From a virus (Duplodnaviria > Caudoviricetes): a stretch of DNA of 64,000 bases. Of this stretch, positions 35,152 to 44,973 are shown in pieces. The DNA lies in IMG/VR virus record IMGVR_UViG_3300031998_000031, positions 1 through 64,000 of that record; one strand, written 5' to 3'. Position 1 is the stretch's first letter, and every line of letters begins with the position of its first letter. The position numbers and the translations under genes are program-made. The notes under the pieces were generated by a model. The model was not told where the DNA came from. It worked only from the letters and a program-made list of their open reading frames with translations, and made no database searches.

Positions 35152-36216
35152 ATGAAGACCGAAAAGGACAAGAACCAGAAATATGACAAGGCGGAAGCTA
35201 AGACTCTGCTCAACTCTGCAATCCCTGCTGCTATCATGGCTTCCGAAGGAACCCGTTTCGATAGCGCGGAAGAGGCTTCCGTATTTTTCGCAAGAGAGCT
35301 CGACCACGTAAAGAGCGAATCTTACGACGTCGAGTATCCTGAGCTTACAGCCCTGAATCTTTTCCCCATCAGCTCTGAAGTAGATGCCGGTGCAGAGACC
35401 ATTACCTACTACACCTATGACAGACAGGGCCTTGCCGATATAATCGACAACTACAGCACTGACCTGCCCAGAGCTGACGTAAGCGGCAAGCCGTCTTATG
35501 CAACCATCAAGTCCATCGGCGCAAGCTATGGCTACTCCACTCAGGAAATGAGAGCTTCCAGACTTGCCAACAAGTCTCTCGATGCTCGCAAGGGAGAGGC
35601 AGCTCGCTATGCCATCGACAACAAGATTAACCAGATTGCATGGGCTGGCGATGCAGATGCTAAGCTGCTTGGCGTTCTGTCTGATGGACAGAACATTCCG
35701 TTCTACACCATTCAGGCTGGTGCCACCTCTGGCGCTACCAAGTGGACCGAGAAGACCGCAGATGAGATTCTCGATGACGTAAACGGAATGGCCAAGCAGG
35801 TCGCTAAGGTCACCAAGAACGTAGAGAGACCTGATACTCTCGCCGTACCGGCTGACGTCTACATGCACATCAGCACCAAGAGAATCCCCGATACCGCTCA
35901 GACCGTACTCGGATTCCTCCTTGAGCATTCTCCGTATATCAAGGATATCGTAAACGCTGCCGAGCTCGACGCTGACAGTCCTGAGACCAACCCGTACGCT
36001 GAGGGCGCTCCGGGAGTTGCTCCGGATGCTGGCGTAGGCGTAGCGTTCCTTTTCAAGAATGATGCTCGCAAGCTCACTCTTGAGGACCCGATGCCTTTCT
36101 ATCAGTATCCGCTCCAGACAAGAAACCTTGAGACCGTGATTCCTTGTGAAGCAAGAACCGCCGGTGTCATCGTTTACTATCCGCTCTCCTGCCTCATCGC
36201 AGTAGGCGTTTGCTAA
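35152..36216 (+). CDS. Major capsid protein (DUF2184/encapsulin-like HK97 fold)
   Basis: FFARELD.V....YD.EYPEL, DLPRAD, E.RTAGV.VYYP; strong RBS and terminator. Confidence 0.92.
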   Translation: MKTEKDKNQKYDKAEAKTLLNSAIPAAIMASEGTRFDSAEEASVFFARELDHVKSESYDVEYPELTALNLFPISSEVDAGAETITYYTYDRQGLADIIDNYSTDLPRADVSGKPSYATIKSIGASYGYSTQEMRASRLANKSLDARKGEAARYAIDNKINQIAWAGDADAKLLGVLSDGQNIPFYTIQAGATSGATKWTEKTADEILDDVNGMAKQVAKVTKNVERPDTLAVPADVYMHISTKRIPDTAQTVLGFLLEHSPYIKDIVNAAELDADSPETNPYAEGAPGVAPDAGVGVAFLFKNDARKLTLEDPMPFYQYPLQTRNLETVIPCEARTAGVIVYYPLSCLIAVGVC

Positions 36217-36232
36217 TCTGATAGCCACCTTG

Positions 36233-36268
36233 GACCGTCTCCGGGAAACTGGAGACGGTCTTCTTTTT
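36233..36268 (+). terminator. Terminator after MCP
   Basis: GACCGTCTCC/GGAGACGGTC plus TTCTTTTT. Confidence 0.85.
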
Positions 36269-36287
36269 GGAAAGGAAGTTTATAAAG

Positions 36288-37007
36288 ATGGGCGCAGCAT
36301 TTAATGAATCCCATTCTCGCGACCTTCTCATAAAGTATGTCGCAGATATCGCTGATGCGCTTTGCGGTGAGGAGAATCCCCCGTACGCAGGCGGCGACGT
36401 CTTAAGACATTCTCTGGGCAGGATTGCAGATTCGCTTGCAACAAGTAAACCCATAACCGATGGCGCTGTGGCCAATCAGGCCCCGTCCGTCGCCACCACG
36501 GGTTCCGGCGCAGCAGACGACCTTAATAGTCTGATTATCAAACTGAAGGACGCTGGCGTAATGGTCCCTGATGAATTCACCATGGCGTTTGCATCTGTTA
36601 CTGATAGTGTTGCCGGTCATGCAGACCGTCAGTATAACACCAACAAGATTGCAAGCGTGGCTGAGAGCGACGGAACAATAACTATTACGCTCGCTGCGGG
36701 TACTAAGGTCGCAGACCTTAAGAACTTTGATGGCGGTAGTGGCTGGGGAGTTCACAAGTGGCTCGGAATCGGCGTTGGCGCTGGTATAAGTCCGATAACT
36801 GGGCTGTACTATAATGGCACGAAGCTTACGGCTGAGGATGTATCCGAAGCTACTACTTGCGGCCTTAGCGCAGGCTATTTCGTTCGCTGGGTCGCAGCGG
36901 ACCTTGTGCTGGCCGGAGATGATACTCAGAAGTCCAAGGGCAACTTTAAGCTTAGGGCTGATGGATACAAAGAGACGACCTACACGCTTAAGATAGTCGA
37001 GGGCTAA
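36288..37007 (+). CDS. Head fibre-like protein
   Basis: DLNSLIIKLKDAGVM head-fibre-type motif; position after MCP. Confidence 0.62.
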   Translation: MGAAFNESHSRDLLIKYVADIADALCGEENPPYAGGDVLRHSLGRIADSLATSKPITDGAVANQAPSVATTGSGAADDLNSLIIKLKDAGVMVPDEFTMAFASVTDSVAGHADRQYNTNKIASVAESDGTITITLAAGTKVADLKNFDGGSGWGVHKWLGIGVGAGISPITGLYYNGTKLTAEDVSEATTCGLSAGYFVRWVAADLVLAGDDTQKSKGNFKLRADGYKETTYTLKIVEG

Positions 37008-37051
37008 CAAGAGCTAAGGGCTGTTAAAGATGATTCAAATGGAGGTAAATT

Positions 37052-37411
37052 ATGAAACTCGTAAATATTGCTGAAAAGAACAAGATTGTTAGCGTCGGTT
37101 CCACGGTCCTGATGCCGGGAATGACAATGGAAATCGACGAAGCAACTGCAAATCTTCCTTCCGTCCGCGCATTAGTCGGCAAGGGATTTTTGCAGATTAT
37201 CAAGAGCGCTCCGAAGAAAACCGTAAAGGCTGAGGAGGAGGAACCCGAACTCGAACCTGAAGTGGTAGAGGAGGTAGAAGTTACTACCGAACCTGAGCCT
37301 GAAGTGGTAGAGGAGGTAGAAGTTACTACCGAACCTGAGCCTGAAGTGGTAGAGGAAGAATCCGTTCCCGCTCCGAAGCGTAAGAGAGGCCAGAGGAGCA
37401 CCAGTAAGTAA
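37052..37411 (+). CDS. Small head-associated protein with an acidic tandem repeat
   Basis: GGAGGT RBS; repeated [14 protein letters not shown]. Confidence 0.72.
   Translation: MKLVNIAEKNKIVSVGSTVLMPGMTMEIDEATANLPSVRALVGKGFLQIIKSAPKKTVKAEEEEPELEPEVVEEVEVTTEPEPEVVEEVEVTTEPEPEVVEEESVPAPKRKRGQRSTSK
37256..37356 (+). repeat. 42-bp in-frame tandem repeat, about 2.4 copies
   Basis: CCTGAAGTGGTAGAGGAGGTAGAAGTTACTACCGAACCTGAG twice plus a partial copy. Confidence 0.92.
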
Positions 37412-37424
37412 AAGGAGAATCACC

Positions 37425-37871
37425 GTGAGCTGCTGTAGTGAAACTTGCAAAGTTAAAAAGATAATCGAATTACAGGGAACGGAATTTGACGACATGTCTG
37501 AAGACGAGCTGGACGAATGGGTTTGCTTGATGAAGCCGTTCGTGAGCAAAAAGCAGTTCGGAAATCTGTATTCCCATGCTTTAGCTTATCTTATCATGCA
37601 CAAGTGGAAGATGGCAGGGCTTGGTGAGAATCCGCTTGGAGATATCGGCAAGGTCGGTGTAGGTTTTGGCATTGGAAGCGTATCGGAGGGCGGGAGCAGT
37701 ATCAGTTTTGGCGCTGGTCAGAGCTCTAACCTTGCTAACGATGCAGAACTTGGCCTGACCGCTTACGGGCTTCAGTACCTTAGTTTGAGGCGCATGTGTG
37801 TCATTCCCATACATTGCAGTGGGGAGTCAGATAATGACGAAAGTTACATTCAATTTTGGGAAAGGGTATAA
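37425..37871 (+). CDS. Head-tail adaptor (DUF4054-like)
   Basis: SVSEGG.SISF, L.LT.YG.QYL.L. Confidence 0.78.
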   Translation: MSCCSETCKVKKIIELQGTEFDDMSEDELDEWVCLMKPFVSKKQFGNLYSHALAYLIMHKWKMAGLGENPLGDIGKVGVGFGIGSVSEGGSSISFGAGQSSNLANDAELGLTAYGLQYLSLRRMCVIPIHCSGESDNDESYIQFWERV

Positions 37872-38352
37872 ACTGACATACGAAGGACAGGCCTACCTCA
37901 AGAGATTAAACGAGCTTTTGGAGCTGGAGGTCGCTACAGGCTTTCAGGAGGGCCAAAGCTATTATAAAGGATGTCATCACAATGCCAAGGGCGAGCCGGA
38001 TGATTCCGGCGCTGATACCTTGGAGGTGGCGATGTTCAACGAGTTCGGCACGTCCACCATTCCCGCGAGACCGTTTATGAAGAGCAGTTTTGACAACCAT
38101 CAAACTGAGATTCAACAATTCGTTGCGTCGACCGTAAACGGCGTCGCTCTTGGCGCACTGGATGTCCGGACTGCGACGAATCGCGTGGGAGTATATATGA
38201 AAGGCCTTATCCAAGAGGAAATCGTTAATGGCAATTGGACCCCCAACGCGCCGTCTACGATTAAGAAAAAAGGCTCAAGTCAACCGTTGATTGATTCCGG
38301 CCACATGCGGCAGTCAGTCCAGTATGTAGTACGTAAGGCAGGCACAGAGTGA
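37834..38352 (+). CDS. Neck/tail-completion protein
   Basis: [30 protein letters not shown]. Confidence 0.8.
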   Translation: MTKVTFNFGKGYKLTYEGQAYLKRLNELLELEVATGFQEGQSYYKGCHHNAKGEPDDSGADTLEVAMFNEFGTSTIPARPFMKSSFDNHQTEIQQFVASTVNGVALGALDVRTATNRVGVYMKGLIQEEIVNGNWTPNAPSTIKKKGSSQPLIDSGHMRQSVQYVVRKAGTE

Positions 38353-38762
38353 ATATAACCATTTTCAATAAAAAATATTGGAGACGCAGGTTTACCCCTC
38401 AGGTCTTACTTTCAAACGGCTACTACGCAAATGGCAGCTCTGATAAGGTCGTAAGTCTTGATGTGACTCCGATGGGCTCAGACCAGTTGCAGGCGTTGCC
38501 GGAAGGTGAGAGACAATTCAAACATCTTTCGGCGTACGGCACTGACGAGCTGATACCCGCCGATGAGAGCATCGGACAAAAGGGCGACTTGCTCTGGTAT
38601 CACGGTTCGTGGTACGAGTGCACGGCAGCCCAGATGTGGGACCATACCATGCTAAACCACACCAACTATACGTTGGTAGAGGTGCCGAAAGACGCCTCAT
38701 ATTCCGCCGACGTATTAAACCCGCCGACAAAGGACCCCAACACTAATAAGCCATGGAGCTAA
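38349..38762 (+). CDS. Head-closure-like protein
   Basis: LQALPEGER, GDLL.Y.G..YE; synteny. Confidence 0.7.
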   Translation: MNITIFNKKYWRRRFTPQVLLSNGYYANGSSDKVVSLDVTPMGSDQLQALPEGERQFKHLSAYGTDELIPADESIGQKGDLLWYHGSWYECTAAQMWDHTMLNHTNYTLVEVPKDASYSADVLNPPTKDPNTNKPWS

Positions 38763-38774
38763 GGGAGGAAAGAC

Positions 38775-39422
38775 ATGCGAGCAGACGATGCAAAACACCT
38801 GTTCACCTCTCTTGCGAAATGGTATTTTGCGCACGGCGCTGTTGCCACCAGTAGACAGAGTAGAGCGGCAAAATTTGAATTGCCGCTCATATCCATTACA
38901 TATGGAAACGTCACCCGGCAAAAGAGCCTGAATGAAGTGTATGTAAACGGTGAGCCAGTAGGCGCTTTCCAGCAGAAGATGGCCATAACAGTGGATATCT
39001 TCACGCATGGCAAAGAAACAAAAGAAACTGTAGACGAACAGGAATATACCACTTACGAAAACTCGGCGATGGACGACGCATTGTCTTTCGTCGACTTTTT
39101 GGATTCACACCATGCCATAGCATGGAGCCAGCGAAATGACGTAGCAATCTCGGTCGAGGGCGACGTTATGGACATGACCGGGCTGGTGAATGATTCGAAC
39201 TATGAGTATCGCGCAAGGGTAAACCTATCGTTTTACTTTACGCAATATTCGGTTGGAGCAGCGGGCGTATTGCTCGAATCCAGCCTGAAGACTTCCCAAG
39301 ACGGAAGTATGTACATCGACCCCCAGTTTGCTGTTACGACAAGCGGCGGTGGAAACCAAGAGCTTGCTGATGAGACTGTGGGTTACTTTATTGACGCAAT
39401 AATAACGGAGGAAAATGAATGA
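38775..39422 (+). CDS. Tail terminator-like protein
   Basis: Position directly before the sheath; YEYRA...L.F pattern. Confidence 0.65.
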   Translation: MRADDAKHLFTSLAKWYFAHGAVATSRQSRAAKFELPLISITYGNVTRQKSLNEVYVNGEPVGAFQQKMAITVDIFTHGKETKETVDEQEYTTYENSAMDDALSFVDFLDSHHAIAWSQRNDVAISVEGDVMDMTGLVNDSNYEYRARVNLSFYFTQYSVGAAGVLLESSLKTSQDGSMYIDPQFAVTTSGGGNQELADETVGYFIDAIITEENE

Positions 39423-40558
39423 GTAAATACTTTGACCAAGTTGCCACCGTTAGCATCGACCTCTCTACGCCTGTTTCAGACGAAGCTAATTTTGACAACG
39501 TCGTGCTGGTAGGAGCGCTTCCTGCATCCCCGAATCTGGACGGTAACAATGACCCTGTATATCCGGCAGAGTTTGCGGGCTACAGCTCTCTCGATGAAGT
39601 AATCGAGGCTGGATGGAAGGTCAGTGGCGAATCCCCGGACCCTGTAGGGCTTGCTGCCCAGACTGCTTTTGCGCAGAACCCCCGCCCGTCCAAGATTTAT
39701 ATCGCGCCCGTCCCCGAAGGTTCTGGAAAGACCATAGAGGATGCAGTCGATATAGCGGTAACATATCCCGGATGGTACGTATGCTGCCCCGCAGTCATGG
39801 TCGGAGATACTACGAACATAGCGAAGTATGCTGATATTGCTGCTAAGATTGAAGGCTACGACAAGATGTTCTGCTACACAGACCTTGCGTTCTTCACTGG
39901 CGGAACACCCGCAGTAAGCACGACGCTTATGAGGACCATGTTCGTTACTGGCAGACGCACTTCTGCTGAGGCCGACGCGGACCTTCCGAAGTACAATAAC
40001 TTTGCTAACGTCGCGATGACTGTTAAGTGGCTGTCCTATGACAGCGGCAGCGAGACCGCTGCATTCAAGCAGGTATCGCTTATCGAGCCCAGCACCTTCA
40101 GCACTGCTGAGATGAATCAGGTAGCCGCAGCACACGGCAACTATATCATCTCCATGGGCGGTAAGGTCGTGACGATGAATGGGCAGGTAGTCGGTAACGA
40201 GTGGGCTGATGTTATCAGATTCCGCGATTGGCTTAAAAACGATATGCAGGTCAGGGTCGTTAACCTGTTTATATCAAACCCGAAGATACCGTTTACGGAC
40301 AGCGGCATATCTCAGGTCCAGAACCTGATGATAGCGTCTCTGACTGACGGACAGGCAAGAGGCGGAATCGCTGAGGACGAATTCGACGCTGATGGAAACG
40401 TTAATCGCGGATTCACTACAAGCGTCCCTCTTTCGTCCGATATAACAAGCGTGCAGAAGCAGTCCAGAATCCTGAGGAATTGCAAATTCGACGCTCGCCT
40501 TGCTGGAGCGATTCACGAAGCGCACCTTAAAGGCACTCTCACCTACGAAGCCCTGTAA
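39419..40558 (+). CDS. Tail sheath protein (DUF3383)
   Basis: FAQNPRP, EWADVIRF.DWL, KIPFTD.GI, LAGAIH. Confidence 0.9.
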   Translation: MSKYFDQVATVSIDLSTPVSDEANFDNVVLVGALPASPNLDGNNDPVYPAEFAGYSSLDEVIEAGWKVSGESPDPVGLAAQTAFAQNPRPSKIYIAPVPEGSGKTIEDAVDIAVTYPGWYVCCPAVMVGDTTNIAKYADIAAKIEGYDKMFCYTDLAFFTGGTPAVSTTLMRTMFVTGRRTSAEADADLPKYNNFANVAMTVKWLSYDSGSETAAFKQVSLIEPSTFSTAEMNQVAAAHGNYIISMGGKVVTMNGQVVGNEWADVIRFRDWLKNDMQVRVVNLFISNPKIPFTDSGISQVQNLMIASLTDGQARGGIAEDEFDADGNVNRGFTTSVPLSSDITSVQKQSRILRNCKFDARLAGAIHEAHLKGTLTYEAL

Positions 40559-40574
40559 GAAAGGATGGTAAAAT

Positions 40575-40985
40575 ATGGTTAAGACTTACAACTCTAAAGA
40601 GGTCTACATAACACTTGGTCGCCATCTTGTTACGGGAACGGGTGAAGATTCGTTCGTGACCATAACTCAGAATTCTGATGGCATAACCTCATCGTCTGGA
40701 TGCGATGGAGAGGTCGTAAGGAGCATAAGCCCCGATAATACTCACACCATCAACATCACCCTGCTTCAGACTTCGCCTACGAACGGCTATCTTCAGAGGA
40801 TGGCTGACAAGGACCGCAACGATGGCAGCGGTATGTTCCCGGTTCTTATAAAGGATATGAGAGGCGGCCTGATTTTCAGCGCAAGCGATGCTTGGGTGAT
40901 GAAGCAGGCTGACCGTCAGTTCGGACGTGAAGCTACGTCGAGAAGCTGGGCCATAGGGACCGGCGACGGAAAACTTGAAGAGTAG
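40575..40985 (+). CDS. Tail tube protein (DUF3277-like)
   Basis: TYN.K.V, G.DGEV.RS, ITLLQTSPTN. Confidence 0.85.
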   Translation: MVKTYNSKEVYITLGRHLVTGTGEDSFVTITQNSDGITSSSGCDGEVVRSISPDNTHTINITLLQTSPTNGYLQRMADKDRNDGSGMFPVLIKDMRGGLIFSASDAWVMKQADRQFGREATSRSWAIGTGDGKLEE

Positions 40986-40993
40986 TTTATCTT

Positions 40994-41029
40994 AAAAGGC
41001 GGAGCGGTAAGTTCCGCCTTTTTATTTTT
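40994..41029 (+). terminator. Terminator after tube gene
   Basis: AAAAGGCGGAGC/GTTCCGCCTTTT plus T-tract. Confidence 0.8.
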
Positions 41030-41052
41030 AATGCCTGTGGGGAGGTAAATTT

Positions 41053-41541
41053 ATGAAACGTTTGGAGACCGTTCAAAAGAATATAAGTGGTATCCGATTC
41101 TATATCAGATACTTTGGCTCATTCTATGCCGCAGAGATAAGCGGAGACCTGACTAAAGTCTTCCTTCCGATATTAGCAGCGCTCTTCGGAGGTTCCGATG
41201 AGGAGAAAAGCGTGCTCGACACGGATATTGCAGAACTTGACATTGCAAAAACCATGTCGAATTTTGACGGGAAGACCGTAAGGACGCTTGTGACCAAACT
41301 CCTGATAGCCGATGAGAACATCTCATTCGACGACCCTGAGACGAAAGAGAACCTCAAGCTTGACTACGATGCAGCAGATGAGCTGTTTGCCGGTGACTTG
41401 GCAGGCATGTTCAAACTCTGCGCTGAAGTCATCAAACTCAATTACGGAAGTTTTTTCGGGAGTCTCGGAATCCAATCTGGCAACCTGCAAGAGAAGATTT
41501 CGGAGGCCATGAAAAAGACATTGCAAAATACGGGAAATTAG
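41053..41541 (+). CDS. Tail assembly chaperone (gpG-like)
   Basis: Between tube and tape measure; EVIKLNY..FF. Confidence 0.82.
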   Translation: MKRLETVQKNISGIRFYIRYFGSFYAAEISGDLTKVFLPILAALFGGSDEEKSVLDTDIAELDIAKTMSNFDGKTVRTLVTKLLIADENISFDDPETKENLKLDYDAADELFAGDLAGMFKLCAEVIKLNYGSFFGSLGIQSGNLQEKISEAMKKTLQNTGN

Positions 41542-41729
41542 ATACGTCGCAATTCTCAGAACTTGAGATGCGCATGTATATCCTCATAGAAAACGGTATA
41601 GCAAGCAAGTTCGAACTGGACAACTGTTATACGCTCGACCAAGCTTTAAAGCTATACGCACTCTGGCGAATGAGCCAAGATATTCAAATCGCTCAGACTG
41701 ACGAAGCCCGTTCGATGCGCGATAATTAA
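41532..41729 (+). CDS. -1 frameshift extension of the chaperone (gpGT-like)
   Basis: Slippery G GGA AAT at 41532-41538; the -1 frame is open for 65 codons to TAA at 41727-41729. Confidence 0.75.
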   Translation, partial: GKLDTSQFSELEMRMYILIENGIASKFELDNCYTLDQALKLYALWRMSQDIQIAQTDEARSMRDN

Positions 41730-41738
41730 GGAGGCCAC

Positions 41739-43478
41739 ATGACTGCTGCTGAATTAGTCAATGTAGTGAAATTCAATGTGGACACGGATAGTCTCCGTGC
41801 TACTGAGAGAACGGCAAAAGCGCTTCAGGGTACTCTTAATAAGTATCTTGGGGCCATCGGTATCGGCCTGAGCATCAGAAGCATCATAAAGATAGTCGAG
41901 GAGTTCAGTGAAGCCAACGATGCACTGAAGGCCGCTCTTGATACCACGGAAAAAATGGCCGATGCGACTGAGCATATCCGCAAAGCGGCCAACGAGAGCA
42001 GGCAGGAATATACGAAGCTTGCCCAGCAGGCTTCGAAGTATGCGGCGTTGGATGTATTCAACGGCGTAGGCGAAGGCGCTGACTTTTCGGCCAACGTCAC
42101 GAAGTGGCTGACGGCGCACGGACATGCCAGCAGCGATGCTACGGTCCAGTCAGCACTGAATAGGGCGATGCAGACCGGGAACATGGTCACCTTGCAGCGC
42201 CTGCTTGCTCAGACTCCTGAGATGTACAAGCTGCTTGCTCAGGCTATGGGCAAGACCACGGACCAGATTAAGCAGATGATGAAGGCGGGAACACTGACGG
42301 CAAAGAACGTCAAGGATGCGTTCCTGAATTCGACCGAAACGATAAACGAGGCATTCGAGCAGACCGATGTATCCATTTCGGACGCGATAAAACACGTTCG
42401 GAACAACTGGGGATTCTTCCTTAATGAGATTCACGAAAGCATCGGCCTCATGGATGCGCTCAGCCGGATGATTAAACGCGGCGCTGATAGGGCGCTTCAG
42501 GCGGGCAGAGCACTGATTCCAAAGATAAAAGAGCTTGTAGATAGACTTGGCGGAGTCGAGAATGTAATCCATGCTATCATGGTTTTAGCCATTCGTCTTG
42601 GTTCCGTGGCTGTAATAGGAGCCATACAAAAGTTCCTTGCAGCATTTTCGGCTATCCCAGCCCCCGTAAAAGTCGCCCTCACTTTACTCTACTCATTCTA
42701 TTTGCTTATCCAAGACCTCATCTATTTCATGAGGGGCGACGGGACAAAGACCGCTCTTGGGCAAGCGTTGGAGGAACTTGGAGTCAACGCTGATGATGTA
42801 CGGGGAAGAATTCAAAAATTCTTTGATGATGGACTTGATTTTCTTCATACGGCAGGCGACGATATTACAGAGTTATCGCAGGGCGCTTTGGGCGCTTTGA
42901 AATTGCTCTTAGATGTACTAAGCGATTTATTCGGGACCCTTCGCGAAATATACCTTACAACTTGCGACATTTTTGGCCTTACCCCAGATACGTTCTTAGG
43001 GACGTTAAAAACCATGGTCGAGGGCTTTAATAAAGCTCTTCAGACTACTATTGACCTGCTCAATCGGTTACTTGGACGCACCATGGAAAGCGATATAAAA
43101 GAGCTTGTGGAACTGGAGCGTCGCGCAGAACGGACAAAAAACGATAACGGAATAATCAGCGGGGCATGGAGGCGGAGTAACGAGCGAAAACTCGCACTTG
43201 CGCAGGACCGCGTGCTCGGCTATTTCGGCGCAGATGACCGCAGCAGCAAAGCTGCAATCGACTACTACACCTCATTAAAGTATGGTACCACACCTACAAA
43301 ATCAACCATATCCGGCGGTTTCGGAGGCGCAATGAGCGCAGCTAAGGCAAACCAGACGGTCAACACCAACGTCACTAACAACTTCAACGTAACTGAAACA
43401 GCCCTTTTGTCAAAGGCTGAAGAGGCCGGAAACACTGTAGTCGACAAGATAAGCAGAGGCGTGAGCACTTTAAGATAG
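41739..43478 (+). CDS. Tape measure protein
   Basis: Ala-rich helical protein with hydrophobic segments, after the chaperones. Confidence 0.85.
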   Translation: MTAAELVNVVKFNVDTDSLRATERTAKALQGTLNKYLGAIGIGLSIRSIIKIVEEFSEANDALKAALDTTEKMADATEHIRKAANESRQEYTKLAQQASKYAALDVFNGVGEGADFSANVTKWLTAHGHASSDATVQSALNRAMQTGNMVTLQRLLAQTPEMYKLLAQAMGKTTDQIKQMMKAGTLTAKNVKDAFLNSTETINEAFEQTDVSISDAIKHVRNNWGFFLNEIHESIGLMDALSRMIKRGADRALQAGRALIPKIKELVDRLGGVENVIHAIMVLAIRLGSVAVIGAIQKFLAAFSAIPAPVKVALTLLYSFYLLIQDLIYFMRGDGTKTALGQALEELGVNADDVRGRIQKFFDDGLDFLHTAGDDITELSQGALGALKLLLDVLSDLFGTLREIYLTTCDIFGLTPDTFLGTLKTMVEGFNKALQTTIDLLNRLLGRTMESDIKELVELERRAERTKNDNGIISGAWRRSNERKLALAQDRVLGYFGADDRSSKAAIDYYTSLKYGTTPTKSTISGGFGGAMSAAKANQTVNTNVTNNFNVTETALLSKAEEAGNTVVDKISRGVSTLR

Positions 43479-43487
43479 GAGCACGAT

Positions 43488-44081
43488 ATGATTATAGCAA
43501 GACAGCCGGTCAGTATAAACGGAGTCGAGTTCGATGCTCTGATGCAGGAAGAATTAACTCTCACTGCTGAAATCCCTGAATATAGCGTCGACTCTGGATT
43601 CAGTGTCTCTGACGCTATACTCCTGAGCGCGGATGAGCTGAAGATGACTCTTATCGCGAGTGATACTCCAGTGACATGGAGGTATCGGCACGGCGAAAAT
43701 AGGACCGCAACTGTCGTAGATGAGCTGAAGACCCTCTTCTACAACAGGACGCTCTGCACAGTCTCAACAACGAGGCGAACCTATACAAATATGGCCATCG
43801 AAAGCGTGAGCTTTCCCCGGAACGAGACTTCTGGAACGGGGATGGAGATTCCCATCACTCTCAAACAGATTCGGAATACCGCTGTCTCCACCACGACCTA
43901 CCCCGGAACCTACGGGAAATCCGGCACCACAAAAGCGGCTGCCGGGGCGGCGAGCGCAGAAAATAAAAGCGCGGACACCACAAAGGGAAGTGACCTCTAT
44001 AATTACTTCAACTCCGGGAGCAACATAGGCGACACAGCAAAGCGGGTCTATACCGACACATTAAAGGTTTTGGTGAAGTAA
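43488..44081 (+). CDS. Baseplate/tube-initiator protein
   Basis: I.GVEFDA...E, EYSVDSG..VSD, YTNMAI. Confidence 0.75.
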   Translation: MIIARQPVSINGVEFDALMQEELTLTAEIPEYSVDSGFSVSDAILLSADELKMTLIASDTPVTWRYRHGENRTATVVDELKTLFYNRTLCTVSTTRRTYTNMAIESVSFPRNETSGTGMEIPITLKQIRNTAVSTTTYPGTYGKSGTTKAAAGAASAENKSADTTKGSDLYNYFNSGSNIGDTAKRVYTDTLKVLVK

Positions 44082-44084
44082 GGC

Positions 44085-44405
44085 ATGGCTGATAAGATTG
44101 ATTACATCGTGATAAGCGTTCCTGAAATGAATGACAGCATATCAAGAATGACATTTGATAACATCGTCTATAATCTCAGACTCACGTATAATGATACCGG
44201 GGATTTTTGGACCCTTGGATTTTATAATTCGAATGTTGAACCAATAATCCAAGGCATAAAGATTGTTCCGAACACTTCACTCACTCTGCCGTATCTTACA
44301 TACGACATCCCTTTAGGGGCATTTATGGCTTATAGCAAAAAAAGCCATATAGGTCGATATGATTTTAAGAATGGTGAGGCTCAACTTATATTTATTCCGT
44401 TATAG
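44085..44405 (+). CDS. Baseplate plug-like protein
   Basis: YN....FW.L, GIKIVPN; synteny. Confidence 0.72.
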   Translation: MADKIDYIVISVPEMNDSISRMTFDNIVYNLRLTYNDTGDFWTLGFYNSNVEPIIQGIKIVPNTSLTLPYLTYDIPLGAFMAYSKKSHIGRYDFKNGEAQLIFIPL

Positions 44406-44460
44406 TAAATAATTCTATTTATGTAAACATGGAATGTTAAAAACTGGGTAAAAATGTGCG

Positions 44461-44920
44461 TGCGGAATTTCCACGGAAATTCCACGGAAAATCTGCGGAA
44501 ATTCCATGGAAATGCAAAGTTCGCGTGCTACAAACTATCAAATACCTGTAAAGCGCAGTAAAATCAACAGGTGTGGGGTTTTGCGACGTTTAATATTTCC
44601 GCGGAAATTCCACGGAAAATCTGCGGAAATTCCGCGGAATACCTTAAAATTTTATTTTTGCAGCAGCTTGTTGTGACCTGTCACAGCGCATTTTGATGCA
44701 TTATGAAATTTTAAAAATACATGCTCTAAAAACACTATAAATCAACATTTCAAAACTCCTGCAAATCGGTACAAATCGCACAAATTTCAACCACTTCAGT
44801 GTTTTAGTACATTTATAATTCCGCGGAATTTCCGTGGATTTTCCGCGGAATATCTGCGGAAAATCTGTGGAAATTCCTCAGACATTCCGCAACTAATCGT
44901 ATCGTACCGTATCTATCTAT
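44461..44920. repeat. Iteron-like array: three clusters of 11-bp quasi-palindromic units in an AT-rich intergenic gap (candidate replication origin)
   Basis: Units such as ATTCCACGGAA, TTTCCGCGGAA and AATCTGCGGAA: 4 at 44468-44511, 4 at 44596-44639, 7 at 44818-44894; then CGTA(T/C) pentamers. Confidence 0.88.
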
Positions 44921-44973
44921 ATAGTGTTATATATAATACTCACACGCAAACTGCCTGAGGTATAGAAGCAACT

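Noticed and set aside
35152-36216. Encapsulin nanocompartment
   Set aside because: Embedded in a full terminase-portal-tail module, so it is the phage major capsid protein
24728-37010. Long minus-strand ORFs (e.g. 24728-25879, 33376-34653, 35143-36228)
   Set aside because: Antisense shadows of well-supported plus-strand genes, with no recognisable motifs
37256-37356. 42-bp repeat as a regulatory or diversity element
   Set aside because: Simple in-frame duplication in a low-complexity acidic linker
1855-44896. The shared 18-mer as attL/attR or as invertible-segment ends
   Set aside because: The copies are direct repeats, and excision between them would split the tail operon and separate int; a better att candidate lies at 157-421
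44461-44920. CRISPR array
   Set aside because: Units are 11 bp, directly tandem and degenerate, with no regular unique spacers and no cas genes
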